Assembly: GCA_963752475.1 (NCBI GenBank)
Contig: CAVVYR010000008.1
Coordinates: 480,001 to 544,000, forward strand
Direction of reading: 5' to 3'
Origin: an uncultured Chloroflexia bacterium
GTDB lineage: Bacteria > Chloroflexota > Limnocylindria > Limnocylindrales > CSP1-4
DNA length: 64,000 nt
Both the position numbers and the translations under genes were made by a program. Below are positions 29,330 to 39,536 of the stretch, one piece after another (within the stretch, counting starts at the first letter, position 1; every line of letters starts with the position of its first letter). The notes beneath the pieces are model-generated. The model was not told where the DNA came from and searched no databases. It was given only the letters and a program-made list of their open reading frames with translations.

Positions 29330-30631
29330 ATGCACAGGCTCCACCCGATCGTCGGCACCCTCCGACGCAACCCTGACTTCTCACGCCTCTACCTGGCGCT
29401 GCTCATCGCCTTCGCGGCCGACTGGTTCGCCACGGTCGCGCTCATCGATCTCGTCCTCGAGACGACCGATTCGGCAGCAGCAGCCTCGGTCATCCTGGTG
29501 CTGCAGATGGCGCCGTTCCTGGTGGCCACGCCTATCGCGGGCATGCTCGCCGACCGATTCGACCGACGGCTCCTGCTCACCGGCGCCAACGTCGCGCGTG
29601 GGGTCGTGTGCATCGGGTTGCTCTTCGCCGTCGATGCCGAGACGGTCTGGATCGCCTTCGCCGTGGTCGGCCTGCTGGCCTTCGGGGCGGCCTTCTTCGA
29701 GCCCACCGTCAGTGCCTCGTTGCCGAACCTCGTCGATCGGGCGGACCTGCCCACGGCCAACGCGCTCGTCGGATCGGCCTGGGGCACGATGGTCGCCTTG
29801 GGTGCGGCCATCGGCGGGGTCGTCACCGCCACCGTCGGGCGCGAGGTCACCTTCCTCATGTACCCGCTGCTCTTCTTCGCCTCGGCCGCGCTGGTGTGGA
29901 CGGTCCGACGCTCGATGCGCGAGGAACATGCCGTCGCCCCGGAGGACGCCCCTCGCGGCATCAGCGGCCTGGTCTCGACGGTCACCGAGACGCTTGCCCT
30001 GGCGCGCCGCGATCACGCCGTGGCCTCGTTGCTGTTGACGAAGCCGACCTTCGGTGTTGCCACTGGCATCGTGCACATGCTGGCCATCACCAGCGACGAC
30101 ATCTGGGGCTCCGGCCAGCTGGGCGTGGGCATCCTCTTCGCGGCTCGCGGTCTCGGTGCCATCGTGGGCCCGTTCCTGGCTCGGACCTACGCGGTCGACG
30201 ACATCAGCCGCCTGCTGCGTGGCATCAGCCTGGCCTTCGTGGTGTACCTGGTCGGGTACGCGCTGCTACCGCTTTCCCCGGTCATCTGGGCTGCGGCCGT
30301 GTTCGTCTTCGTGGGCCACGTCGGCGGCGGTGCGCAGTGGACGCTCTCGTCCTTCGGGCTCCAACGTACGACGCCGGACCGGGTACGTGGACGCGTCTTC
30401 GCCGTCGACTTCGGGATCGCCCTGGCCATCTCCTCGGTCTCGACCCTGACGGCCGGCTGGCTCGCGGGCACCATCGGCCCGATCCCGACGCTGTACGTGA
30501 TGCTGGGCGCGATGGCCATGACCGTCGGGCTCTGGTTCTGGTGGACCGGGCCCGTCCGCCGAGGCGAGGCTACACCGGTCCATGACGTGGACGAGCCACC
30601 ACCCCACGCCTCACCCGAGCCGCCGATCTAG
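29330..30631 (+). CDS. MFS transporter
   Basis: 12 TM pattern, GMLADRFDRR motif A, RGRVF. Confidence 0.9.
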   Translation: MHRLHPIVGTLRRNPDFSRLYLALLIAFAADWFATVALIDLVLETTDSAAAASVILVLQMAPFLVATPIAGMLADRFDRRLLLTGANVARGVVCIGLLFAVDAETVWIAFAVVGLLAFGAAFFEPTVSASLPNLVDRADLPTANALVGSAWGTMVALGAAIGGVVTATVGREVTFLMYPLLFFASAALVWTVRRSMREEHAVAPEDAPRGISGLVSTVTETLALARRDHAVASLLLTKPTFGVATGIVHMLAITSDDIWGSGQLGVGILFAARGLGAIVGPFLARTYAVDDISRLLRGISLAFVVYLVGYALLPLSPVIWAAAVFVFVGHVGGGAQWTLSSFGLQRTTPDRVRGRVFAVDFGIALAISSVSTLTAGWLAGTIGPIPTLYVMLGAMAMTVGLWFWWTGPVRRGEATPVHDVDEPPPHASPEPPI

Positions 30632-30676
30632 CGAGTGCCCAGCGGCCTCGACGGTATCGGGAGCTCAGTGGCTCCT

Positions 30677-30824
30677 TATCCCCTGCTGGCTGGACTCGAC
30701 CAGCCTGCGCTCCCGAGTGCACGGCTCGAGCACAGTAGAGGCTGAGACTGACGATCCGAGCCTGCTGGAGGCTGAGACGGAGCACTTCGGCCTCGATGAC
30801 GTCGAGTTCAGCCATCAGGGGATA
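30677..30824. repeat. 148-bp element bounded by 24-bp inverted repeats (MITE-like or structured RNA)
   Basis: TATCCCCTGCTGGCTGGACTCGAC versus reverse complement of 30801-30824 (TATCCCCTGATGGCTGAACTCGAC), 22/24 identical; internal GAGGCTGAGAC twice. Confidence 0.6.
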
Positions 30825-30941
30825 GCCGCTGGAGCCGCGGGAGTCCTTGCCTCGGGCCACCCGGAACCAGGACGTTGCGTCGTGGCAGGACCAGCATGGA
30901 CTGACAGGGTCGTTCATCAGCGACACGCCGATGGCGCACGT

Positions 30942-30985
30942 TAGTCAACGTGGTATAGACTATCTACTGATGATTGACTATCAAC
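30942..30985. promoter_or_regulatory. putative MarR operator pair
   Basis: TAGA-CTA-TCTA (30956-30966) and TTGA-CTA-TCAA (30974-30984) palindromes in an AT-rich tract just before marR. Confidence 0.6.
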
Positions 30986-31004
30986 GTAATCTCGAGCGAC
31001 TGGG

Positions 31005-31493
31005 ATGAGCGAGGCGCGCCCCGATCCCACCACCGGGCGCCTGAGCCGACTGATGCACCGGCTCGGCTCCACCCTGGGCCCATCACACGAGGACGTGGCC
31101 GATATCGATGTCCCGCGCCACCAGATGCGGGCGCTCTTCATCGTGGCCAAGCACGGTCCGCTGTCCGTCAGCGCTCTGGCCAAGGCCATCGACGCCAGCC
31201 TGGCGAGCACGTCCTCGCTGGCAGACCGCCTGGTGAAGGCCGGCTACGTGAAGCGCCAGCCCGATCCCGAAGACCGGCGACGCGTCTCGCTGATCGCCAC
31301 CGGCCGCGGTCAGGAGGCGGCTGACGCGCTCATGCGTCGCTTCCATGAGCGCTTCGAGCGACTCATCGAGGCCATGAGCCCCAAGGGACGCGAGGCACTG
31401 GAGGCCGGACTCATCGACATGATCCGCGCGGCAGAGGAGCTCGGCCTGCGCGACGACCATGACCACCCTCCCCACCCTGGAGACCAGGCATGA
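31005..31493 (+). CDS. MarR family transcriptional regulator
   Basis: wHTH with DRLVKAGYVKR.PDPEDRR motif. Confidence 0.92.
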   Translation: MSEARPDPTTGRLSRLMHRLGSTLGPSHEDVADIDVPRHQMRALFIVAKHGPLSVSALAKAIDASLASTSSLADRLVKAGYVKRQPDPEDRRRVSLIATGRGQEAADALMRRFHERFERLIEAMSPKGREALEAGLIDMIRAAEELGLRDDHDHPPHPGDQA

Positions 31494-32485
31494 CGACCGC
31501 TACGGGCGCCAACGCGATGGTCGAGGTCCGGGAGCTGGCCCGCAGCTTCGGTGACATCGAGGCCGTCAAGGGCGTGTCCTTCGAGATCCACGAAGGCGAG
31601 ATCTTCGGCTTCCTCGGCCCCAACGGCGCCGGCAAATCCACCACCATCAACATGCTCTGCACGCTGCTGCGCCCCACGGCCGGCGCGGCCACGCTCAACG
31701 GCTTCGACGTCCAGCAGGACCGCAGCGACGTGCGCCGCTCGATCGGCCTCGTCTTCCAGCAGCCCACACTCGACGAGTACCTCACCGCCGAGCAGAACCT
31801 CAGGTTCCACGCCTACGCCTACGCCGTCCCCAAGGACGTGCGCGACCAGCGTATGCGTGAGCTGCTCGAGATGGTCGAGCTCTGGGACCGCCGCAAGTCA
31901 CCGGTGCGCACGTACTCGGGCGGCATGAAGCGGCGCCTCGAGATCGCACGTGGGCTGCTCCACCATCCCCGCGTCCTCTTCCTCGACGAGCCCACGCTGG
32001 GATTGGATCCGCAGACGCGCCGCAGCATCTGGAACTACCTGCTCGAGCTGCGCGAGCGCGAGAACCTGACCATCTTCCTGACCACGCACTACATGGACGA
32101 GGCTGAGAACGCCGATCGCATCGCGGTCATCGACCATGGTGAGATCCAGGCGCTCGATACGCCAGTGGGCCTGAAGGCCATGGTCGGGGGCGACCTCGTG
32201 ACCGTCGGCGCGGAGGACCTCGACGCTGCAGTCGCGGAGATCAAGGATGGCTTCGGGTTCGAGACGATCCGAGACCATGACGCACTCACGTTCCACGTGG
32301 ACGGCGGCGAGGCCTTCCTGCCCGAGTTCGTGCGCGGTTTCAGCCAGCCCATCACCTCCATCGGCCTGCGCAAACCCACCCTCGACGATGTCTTCCTCGA
32401 GGTCACCGGCCACGAGATCCGCGACGAGGAGGTCAGCGAGCACGCACAGATGATCCAGAACATGGGACGGGGGCCTCGACACTGA
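31490..32485 (+). CDS. ABC exporter ATP-binding protein (DrrA-like)
   Basis: GPNGAGKST, YSGGMKRRLEIARGL, DEPTLGLDPQTR, TTHYMDEA, PTLDDVFL. Confidence 0.92.
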   Translation: MTTATGANAMVEVRELARSFGDIEAVKGVSFEIHEGEIFGFLGPNGAGKSTTINMLCTLLRPTAGAATLNGFDVQQDRSDVRRSIGLVFQQPTLDEYLTAEQNLRFHAYAYAVPKDVRDQRMRELLEMVELWDRRKSPVRTYSGGMKRRLEIARGLLHHPRVLFLDEPTLGLDPQTRRSIWNYLLELRERENLTIFLTTHYMDEAENADRIAVIDHGEIQALDTPVGLKAMVGGDLVTVGAEDLDAAVAEIKDGFGFETIRDHDALTFHVDGGEAFLPEFVRGFSQPITSIGLRKPTLDDVFLEVTGHEIRDEEVSEHAQMIQNMGRGPRH

Positions 32486-33285
32486 TGCTGCACTCAGAGA
32501 CCGTCCGCGGCACCTGGGTCGTGGCCTACCGCGAGCTGCTGCGCTACGTCACCGAACGCTCGCGCATCGTCAGCTCGCTGGCCATGCCTCTGCTCCTGCT
32601 GGTCGTCTTCGGCGCCGGATTCACCAACGTCATCGGCGGCATGGCTCCAGGCATCGACTACATCCAGTTCATGTATCCCGGCATCATCGCCATCACCGTC
32701 CTCACGACGTCGCTCTTCGCGGGCATCTCGGTCGTATGGGATCGCGAGTACGGCTTCCTGCGCGAGATCCTGGTGGCGCCCATCTCACGGACCGGCATCG
32801 TCCTGGGCAAGGCCATCGGGGCCACCATGCAAGCGTCCATCCAGGTCGCGCTGATGCTGATGCTGGCCCCATTGCTGGGCGTGGAGCTGAACCCACGGAT
32901 CATCATCGGGCTCATCCCCATGATCATCATCCTTTCCCTGGGCCTCGCCGGGCTGGGCATCTTCATGGCTTCGTTCATGCGCTCGCAGCAGGGCTTCCAG
33001 ACGATGATGCAGATCATCATCTTCCCCCTGATCTTCCTCGCCGGCGTGTTCTTCCCGGTCAACGACGTGCCGGTCTGGATGGAGGTCATCAGCAAGGTCA
33101 ACCCCCTGACCTACGGCGTCGATGCCGTGCGCCAGGTCTTCCTCGGTTCTGAGGCCAGCGCGCTGGGTCTGGGTGTGACCATCGGTGAGCACACCTTCAC
33201 CATGGCCCAGGACATCATGGTCGTGGCGGCCATGACTGCCATCGCCCTGGGCGCGGCCATCTGGGCTTTCAACCGCCAGGAGTAG
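32485..33285 (+). CDS. ABC-2 type permease (DrrB-like)
   Basis: WDREYGFLREILVAP, FLAGVFFP, NPLTYGVDA. Confidence 0.9.
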   Translation: MLHSETVRGTWVVAYRELLRYVTERSRIVSSLAMPLLLLVVFGAGFTNVIGGMAPGIDYIQFMYPGIIAITVLTTSLFAGISVVWDREYGFLREILVAPISRTGIVLGKAIGATMQASIQVALMLMLAPLLGVELNPRIIIGLIPMIIILSLGLAGLGIFMASFMRSQQGFQTMMQIIIFPLIFLAGVFFPVNDVPVWMEVISKVNPLTYGVDAVRQVFLGSEASALGLGVTIGEHTFTMAQDIMVVAAMTAIALGAAIWAFNRQE

Positions 33286-33324
33286 GCCGGTTCCGATGGG
33301 CCGGCAGTCGGAGGATCGCTCGGC

Positions 33325-34014
33325 TTGAGCACAGCAGCCCCACATACACCGAGCGTCGAGGAGAAGCCCGAGCCACCGCTCGATTGCGACACGCCCACGT
33401 CCCGCCGCTGGGTCCTGCTGCTGTGGCTGCTTGCGCTGGCCTGGTTGACGATGCTGGCGGTGCCGGCTTTGGCGGACATCGTGCAGCAGGTCGACGACCA
33501 TGTGACGGAGTGGGTGGTCTCGATCGAGCAGGACCTGCTGGTGTCGGTGGCGAAGGCCTTCCGCGCCTTCGGTGGCACGATCGCCAGTGCGATCGTGGTC
33601 GTGGTGGTCGCCGTGCTGCTTGCCTGGCAGCGACGCGGCCCGGCGCTCGTGGTCTGGCTCGCCGCGGTCGGCTTGTCCGAAGTCCTCAACGCCCTCATCA
33701 AGGGCCTCTATGAGCGAGCCAGGCCTCCGCTCAGCGTGGTGGAGGAGACCTCCTACTCGTTCGCCTCCGGCCACTCGCTGACCGCAGCCGTCCTCTCCAT
33801 CACGCTCGTGCTGGTCTTCGTGCCGGCCGGTCCACGCCGCCGCGCCTGGCTCGTCGTGGCCGTCGGCTACGCCTTTCTCATGGCCGCCAGCCGGGTCTAC
33901 ATCCGAGCGCATTGGCTGAGCGACACGCTCGCCGGCGTCACCATCGGTGCGGCCTGTGCGCTCAGCGTGGCCCTCGTGGCCAGCTGGTGGTACGTGCGGG
34001 GCCAGACGTCCTGA
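33325..34014 (+). CDS. PAP2 family phosphatase
   Basis: K...ERARP, SFASGH, SRVYIRAHWLSD motifs. Confidence 0.88.
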   Translation: MSTAAPHTPSVEEKPEPPLDCDTPTSRRWVLLLWLLALAWLTMLAVPALADIVQQVDDHVTEWVVSIEQDLLVSVAKAFRAFGGTIASAIVVVVVAVLLAWQRRGPALVVWLAAVGLSEVLNALIKGLYERARPPLSVVEETSYSFASGHSLTAAVLSITLVLVFVPAGPRRRAWLVVAVGYAFLMAASRVYIRAHWLSDTLAGVTIGAACALSVALVASWWYVRGQTS

Positions 34015-34118
34015 CGATCCACTGGCGCCGGATCCAGACGTGGAGCAAGTACGGCGGCCGACCCTCGCTGGGCCGGCCGCTGTACCGTTCGTCCGTTTCG
34101 GGGCTAGGCCCAGACCGG

Positions 34119-34958
34119 TCAGGCGGCCACGTCGCGCCGCTTGAAGAGATACACGCTCAGGACCAGCGGGATCACGGCCAGGATCGCCAGCAGTGCGGCC
34201 GAGGCCCAGTCCACGCCACTGCCCATCGGGTCGGTGGCGATGAAGTGCTGCCAGGGCGAGAGCCAGGCGAGGTCGTTGATCAATTCGTTCCCGGCCATCG
34301 GCAGGAAGGCCGAGATGGCGTACATGACCACGGCCACGAGCATCGCCAGGAGGATGGCCAGCACACCGCGGCCGCTGACGATCGAGACGACCATGGCGAT
34401 GCCCCCGACGAAGACCGAGATGAGCGTGACCATCAGGTGGATGGCCAACACCTGGTCGAAGCCGATGTCGATGCCCGCGAGCAGGACGCCCACTTGGGTC
34501 AGGATGGCGATGATGGCCGAAGCCAGGACCACGTGGACGACCATGGCCGCGACCTTGTCGACCGCGATGCGCGTGCGACGCGTCGGCGTGGACATGACCA
34601 GGCCCAGCGTGCCGTTCTCCATCTCGCCGCCGAAAGCTCGAGCGGCCGACGAAGCGGCCACGAACATGAGCACGAACGGCACCATGATCGAGTACATCTC
34701 GCCGGTGTACCAGCCGGTCGGCGTAGCCATGTCGACGCCGCCGGCGATGGCGAAGAGCTCTTCGGGCATCTGGGAGAGCATCTCCTCGAGGACATCCTCG
34801 AGAGCGAGATACATCGGGCCCATCAACAGGTTCAAGGCACCCATCGCCAGGCCGGCGATGACGACCAGCAGCATGCGATCGGCGATGGCCTTGGTGAGGG
34901 TGTTGGTGAGGGCGAAGCGCTGCCACGAGCGCACGCCCGGGATGGTGGTGGAGGTCAT
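34119..34958 (-). CDS. ABC-2 transporter permease
   Basis: GEMENGTLGLVMSTP..R, LSPW, F.RRDV C-terminus. Confidence 0.88.
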   Translation of the reverse strand: MTSTTIPGVRSWQRFALTNTLTKAIADRMLLVVIAGLAMGALNLLMGPMYLALEDVLEEMLSQMPEELFAIAGGVDMATPTGWYTGEMYSIMVPFVLMFVAASSAARAFGGEMENGTLGLVMSTPTRRTRIAVDKVAAMVVHVVLASAIIAILTQVGVLLAGIDIGFDQVLAIHLMVTLISVFVGGIAMVVSIVSGRGVLAILLAMLVAVVMYAISAFLPMAGNELINDLAWLSPWQHFIATDPMGSGVDWASAALLAILAVIPLVLSVYLFKRRDVAA

Positions 34959-34962
34959 GGGA

Positions 34963-35763
34963 CTACCCCTTCAGATCCCGGCGGTCGAGCCGATAGGCGC
35001 CTGCGGCGAAGAAGGCCGCGGCGAACCCCAGCGCGATCACCAGCAGCACCGGGTCGAGGCCCTCGTAGAGCGCCTCTGCACCCGAATACAGGTACCAGGG
35101 CGTGAGCTTGGCGACATCCGCCAGCTCCTCGACCACCGGTAGCAGGGTGGTGATGAAGTACGAGATGAGGGCTAGTCCGGCAGCCACGCCGACGCCCAGG
35201 GCGGAGACCCCGGTGGCGGCGCTGACGCCTAGCGAAAGTGCGCCGAACAGCAGCACCAGACCCACCAGCTGGATGGCCGGCGCAAGCTGATCGTGCTGCG
35301 ACATGTCCAGCCCGAAGAGCGCAGCCGAGACCTCGATACCCAGCCACATGCCGGCGATGACGACGATCACGCCGATGACCACGACCGCTGTCTTGGCCAC
35401 CAGGATGGATCGGCGGCGCAGGGGGCTCGAGAGGAGCACCGGCAGCGTCTTGCTCTCCTCCTCGCCGACCGCGGCGCTGGAGCCGAGGCCGATGGCGTAG
35501 GCCAGCAGCACGATGGGCGCCATGATCGAGTACATACCCGCGAGGGCCATGCCGGCAGCGGTGCCGTCCTGCGTGCCGTAGATGCTGGCGAGGGCCTCCG
35601 GGAAGTCCTCCAGCATGGTCACGTAGGCCTCGCCCGAAGTGCTCATGACGGCCACGTACATCGCGGCCAGGAGCCACAGGGCAACGACCGCGATGATGGT
35701 CCAGGTCAGCCAGTCACGGACGGACTTGGTGAAGACGCTTCCGAGCAGGCGGTCACGCAACAT
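34963..35763 (-). CDS. ABC-2 transporter permease
   Basis: GEEESKTL.VLLSSPLRR, TPWYLY, RRDL C-terminus. Confidence 0.88.
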   Translation of the reverse strand: MLRDRLLGSVFTKSVRDWLTWTIIAVVALWLLAAMYVAVMSTSGEAYVTMLEDFPEALASIYGTQDGTAAGMALAGMYSIMAPIVLLAYAIGLGSSAAVGEEESKTLPVLLSSPLRRRSILVAKTAVVVIGVIVVIAGMWLGIEVSAALFGLDMSQHDQLAPAIQLVGLVLLFGALSLGVSAATGVSALGVGVAAGLALISYFITTLLPVVEELADVAKLTPWYLYSGAEALYEGLDPVLLVIALGFAAAFFAAGAYRLDRRDLKG

Positions 35764-36670
35764 CGGGGCCGCCGTTCGTGTAGTAGGTCAGGAAGATCTG
35801 CTCCAGATCGGCTTCGCGGCTGTTGATGTTGACCACGTTGTGATCCAGCGCAGCACGCAGAAGCGCGTTGACCGAGCCCTCGAACGAGACGACCACGGTG
35901 TTGCCGCGAGCCTCGGCTGAGTGCACACCGGCGATGCCCTCGAAGGCGGACTCCTCCACGGGCTCGTCGAACTCGAGGTCGATGCGACGGATGGCCTTGC
36001 GCTTCAGCGCATCGAGCGGCTCCACGACGACGAGGTGACCATGGCGCAGGATGCCCACGCGGTCGGCCACGCGCTCCACCTCGGCCAGGCTGTGGCTCGA
36101 GAGGAAGACGGTGCGGCCGTCCTCGCGGACCTCGCGGATGAGCGCCTGTAGCTCCTGCTGCATCAACGGGTCGAGACCGGTGCTGGGCTCGTCGAGGATG
36201 ATCAGCTCGGACTTGTTCATGAAGCCCTGGATGAGTCCGACCTTCTGTTTGTTGCCGGTCGAGAGGTCGCCGACCTTGCGGGTGAGGTCGACCTCGAGTC
36301 GCTCGGCGAGCTCGTTGACGTAGTCCGTGTCCACGCCACCGCGCAGGTTGGCCAGGTAGGTCAGGTTCTCGGCGCCGGTCAGCTTGGGGTACAACGAGTA
36401 CTCCGATGGCACATACGCCACTCGGCTGCGTACCTCGACCGCGTTGGTGGCCACGTCCAGCCCGAGCACGGTCGCCTTGCCCTCGGTGGGGAAGAGGAAG
36501 TGAAGCAGGCTGCGGATGGTCGTGGTCTTGCCCGCGCCATTGGGTCCAAGGAATCCGAAGACCTCACCGCGCTGGACTTCGAGGTCCAGCCCGACAAGAG
36601 CCTTCACATCCCCGTAGTGCTTGGTCAGCCCCTCGGTCATGATGGGGGCTGCACCGTCGGTCGTCGTCAT
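35753..36670 (-). CDS. ABC transporter ATP-binding protein
   Basis: GPNGAGKTT, LSTGNKQK, DEPSTGLDPLMQ, SSH.L.EV. Confidence 0.92.
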   Translation of the reverse strand: MTTTDGAAPIMTEGLTKHYGDVKALVGLDLEVQRGEVFGFLGPNGAGKTTTIRSLLHFLFPTEGKATVLGLDVATNAVEVRSRVAYVPSEYSLYPKLTGAENLTYLANLRGGVDTDYVNELAERLEVDLTRKVGDLSTGNKQKVGLIQGFMNKSELIILDEPSTGLDPLMQQELQALIREVREDGRTVFLSSHSLAEVERVADRVGILRHGHLVVVEPLDALKRKAIRRIDLEFDEPVEESAFEGIAGVHSAEARGNTVVVSFEGSVNALLRAALDHNVVNINSREADLEQIFLTYYTNGGPDVA

Positions 36671-37149
36671 TCGTCCTCTTTCGTTTCTTCATGTCGTCGG
36701 TCCCAGCGTTCCACGAGCTTGGGGATCTCGGCCGCCCAGAACTCGGAGAACTCGATCAGCTCGGTGAGGCCGTCGGTACGGGTCGCGCCACCGTCGGCCA
36801 AGGTACGTCTGGCCATGTCGGCCAATCGCTCGAAGCCACCGAGCTTCACCACGGTCACCTCGACCCACCAGCTGCTGCGTAGGCGGTAGTAGGTCTTGCG
36901 GTCACCGACACGGTGTCGCTCTTCGATGGCATTCATCGAGAGCAGCAGCCGAGCACTGGAGCTGACCGAGGCTCGACTGATGCCGCTACCGGTCGCGATC
37001 TCGCCGGCGGACTGCTCCGCGGGATCGCAGGCCAGCAGGTAGCCGAACATCTGCCCGGCGGCTCGCGGTACCCCCATGGACGAGAACCAGCGGCCCATGA
37101 ACTCGATCGGGTCAGACGTGCCGGCCACCCCATGTGTGGTATCAGACAT
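36667..37149 (-). CDS. GbsR/MarR family transcriptional regulator
   Basis: G.PR.AG..FGYLL, S.ASVS, GDRK.YY; TCAG-N6-CTGA palindrome over the start codon. Confidence 0.82.
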   Translation of the reverse strand: MSDTTHGVAGTSDPIEFMGRWFSSMGVPRAAGQMFGYLLACDPAEQSAGEIATGSGISRASVSSSARLLLSMNAIEERHRVGDRKTYYRLRSSWWVEVTVVKLGGFERLADMARRTLADGGATRTDGLTELIEFSEFWAAEIPKLVERWDRRHEETKEDE

Positions 37150-37252
37150 TACTGAAAGTTCCGTTCATACAGACATCAGCGTATCTCAACGCCATCCACC
37201 GGGTAGTGCCGAACGTCCTGACCGGGCCGCCGTTCTTCCTGACCAGGTCGGA

Positions 37253-38356
37253 CTAGCGGCTGTCCCAGGAGCGCGGATCGCCGCGACGCAGGCCGTAGAT
37301 GATGAAGACCGCGTAGAGGATGAAGGCTACGCCGGTCCATACGCCCGCGGCCTGGCGCACCATCTGCACCTCCGCAAGATCGGCCAGGATGCGCAGCGCG
37401 ACCGAGAAATGCAGCACCGCCAGCGGCACGTAGGCGAAGGGCGTGAAGCCGATGGGGCGCTCGATGACTGCGGGGAAGATGATCGGCGCGTGGCCGAAGA
37501 CCATGGAGAAGACGAAGCCGAGCGCGATCGCGTGCAGGTAGGCGTCATAGCTGAAGCCCGCGAACACCGGCTCGTTGAACAACACCACCGCGCCGCCGAC
37601 CCCGAGCCAGACGTAGCCCGAGAGGAGGCAGGCGGCGACGAACTGCGGCAAGCCAGAGCGGCGGATGGTCAGCAGCGCGATGTCGTAGCGCAGCAGCCAG
37701 ACCGTGAGGGCGACCATGCCCACACCCGAGAGGCGCATACCCAGGCCTTCATCCACGACCATCAAAAGCAGTGCGCCGATATAGGCCGCGACTGCCAGAC
37801 CGAACGTGACCTGCGCCATCTGCCCGTGGGCGCGCAGCTTGGCCAGCTCCAGTCGTTCGCCCACGATCGTGAGCACGAGGAAGGCGATCCACCACGGGGT
37901 CAGGAAGGGGACCGGTCGCTCGGCCAGCCAGGCCAGGTCGGCCAGCATGAGGAAGACCGCGCCCAGCACCATCGTGAGCACGTCGAGGGTGGGGGAGCGG
38001 CGCAGGAAGAAGAGGTTCACCAGCACCAGCACGGCGGCGCCCGCGGCCATCAGCACGATCGCCGGCGTCGTGGCGCCCTGCACCAGCAACACGATGAGCC
38101 CGGCTCCGCCGAGCACGGGCGCCAGATCGGCGAAGGTCCACGTCCGGCCCAGTAGCGTCTTCATGGCCACCGCCCGCTCGAGTGCGATGAGCGTGCCGAA
38201 GACACCGGCGATGAGGATGGGTCCATGGAGCATCACTCGCTCCGCTGCCGGATCGGGCATCGCGATACCGAGGCGGCCGAGCCCCGTGGCGATGCCGATG
38301 ACCATGCCGGCGACGATGAGCGCAAACAACGGCAACTGAAGGAGTGATCGTTTCAC
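37253..38356 (-). CDS. polytopic membrane protein, NnrS-like (His-containing)
   Basis: About 12 TM; HG.......GTLIALERA, TIVGERLEL, YDA.LHAI.LGFVFSMVFGHAP. Confidence 0.65.
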   Translation of the reverse strand: MKRSLLQLPLFALIVAGMVIGIATGLGRLGIAMPDPAAERVMLHGPILIAGVFGTLIALERAVAMKTLLGRTWTFADLAPVLGGAGLIVLLVQGATTPAIVLMAAGAAVLVLVNLFFLRRSPTLDVLTMVLGAVFLMLADLAWLAERPVPFLTPWWIAFLVLTIVGERLELAKLRAHGQMAQVTFGLAVAAYIGALLLMVVDEGLGMRLSGVGMVALTVWLLRYDIALLTIRRSGLPQFVAACLLSGYVWLGVGGAVVLFNEPVFAGFSYDAYLHAIALGFVFSMVFGHAPIIFPAVIERPIGFTPFAYVPLAVLHFSVALRILADLAEVQMVRQAAGVWTGVAFILYAVFIIYGLRRGDPRSWDSR

Positions 38357-38462
38357 AGGACCAGCCTAGGAACGTCGGTCCCTGACGGGCACGTTCAGGC
38401 GGCCCCCGATTCACGTGACGTTCAGCCTGAGCGATCACGCCGCTGTTCCGCGGCGCTCGCCG

Positions 38463-38921
38463 CTACTCCTGGTCGAACCCCCAGTGGACGATGGCGCGGC
38501 GCTCGCCGGTCGCCAGCATCTTCAGGGCGATCGCGTCGACGGGTACGAGCGGCTCCGGCAGCGAGATCAGCGGTGCCCACATGACTCCGCCGCTGTGGAC
38601 GGTCTCCTTCGCCTCCGGCTCGCCTTCCCAGCGAGAGACCGTGAAGTAGAAGTCCACCCGCTGCCCACCATCGCGCTCGTTCTGGCGCCGGTGGATCGTA
38701 CACACGGGCTCCAGGTCCGCCTCCCGGATGCGTACTCCCAGTTCCTCGCCGGCCTCGCGAACCGCGGCCGCGGTCACCGATTCTTCGCGCTCCACGTGAC
38801 CAGCCGCGCTGAACGACCAGTGGCCGTCCATGTAGCCGGTGTTCTGGCGCTGCTGCAGCAGGACCTCGCCATCGCGAACGAGGGCGACGTAGGCGGCGGG
38901 CACGAGCGCGAACCGAGGCAT
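38463..38921 (-). CDS. NUDIX hydrolase
   Basis: RQNTGYMDG, AGHVE..ES...AAVREAGEELG Nudix box. Confidence 0.9.
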   Translation of the reverse strand: MPRFALVPAAYVALVRDGEVLLQQRQNTGYMDGHWSFSAAGHVEREESVTAAAVREAGEELGVRIREADLEPVCTIHRRQNERDGGQRVDFYFTVSRWEGEPEAKETVHSGGVMWAPLISLPEPLVPVDAIALKMLATGERRAIVHWGFDQE

Positions 38922-39067
38922 GGTCCCCCAAGGTAACCCGTCAGAGGTGCGGGCCGTGCGGTGCGACGCACCCGGCGATGTCGGCGATGGCGCCGTTCCT
39001 GATGCTCGCGAGGTCGACATGCCAGCGTCGCCGACGCATGCGCGATCGACCGATGGGGTCGAGGGAT

Positions 39068-39143
39068 TGGCGCGCCCAACAGGATTCGAACCTGTGGCCT
39101 TCTGCTCCGGAGGCAGACGCTCTATCCACTGAGCTATGGGCGC
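39068..39143 (-). tRNA. tRNA-Arg(CCG)
   Basis: GCGCCCA acceptor stem, D arm, TCTGC-CT-CCG-GA-GCAGA anticodon arm, GGTTCGAATCC, encoded CCA; 76 nt. Confidence 0.96.
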
Positions 39144-39199
39144 GCGGAACACAATTAGACCACACGCCTGGGCCTGTCCACGTCCTCGACCCAGAGGCA

Positions 39200-39412
39200 G
39201 TGCGGACGCAGCTCGCGGGCATGAAGCAGGAGCGCGACGACTTCGATGCCCTGGTCGGTGTGCAAACGCCGTTCGTGCTGAACCTGGAGCCGCGGAAGAT
39301 GGCCGGCGAGGTCTCGGAAGCCATGTTCTTCGATCTCGGCTACGCCGATGGCGTGGACCCGGCGCCGACAGTGCCCGAGCGCCCGCTGCCCAACGGCACC
39401 CGCGCCGGCTGA
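39200..39412 (+). pseudogene. 5'-truncated tRNA-binding OB-fold protein (CsaA/Trbp111-like)
   Basis: RTQLAGMKQER...FVLNLEPRKMAGEVSEAM.FD.GY...P.RP.PNG matches the C-terminal half of the family; N-terminal D.RVG.I strand is missing. Confidence 0.65.
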
Positions 39413-39489
39413 CGGCCCGGGTCCTCAACCCACCTTGCCCCTGGTCGTAAACTAAAATTAAGAGAGGTCATCAACATTATTTGAGTGTG

Positions 39490-39536
39490 GGATTTCGACA
39501 GAAATCCTTGACTGGCATCAGCGCCAAGCCTAGTGT
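39490..39536 (+). promoter_or_regulatory. promoter and upstream palindrome of alkaline phosphatase gene
   Basis: TTGACT-N17-TAGTGT (39508-39536); GGATTTC-GACA-GAAATCC (39490-39507) abuts the -35. Confidence 0.55.

Noticed and set aside
38408-38423. parS site (TCACGTGA core; also near 3075)
   Set aside because: Flanks do not match TGTTTCACGTGAAACA
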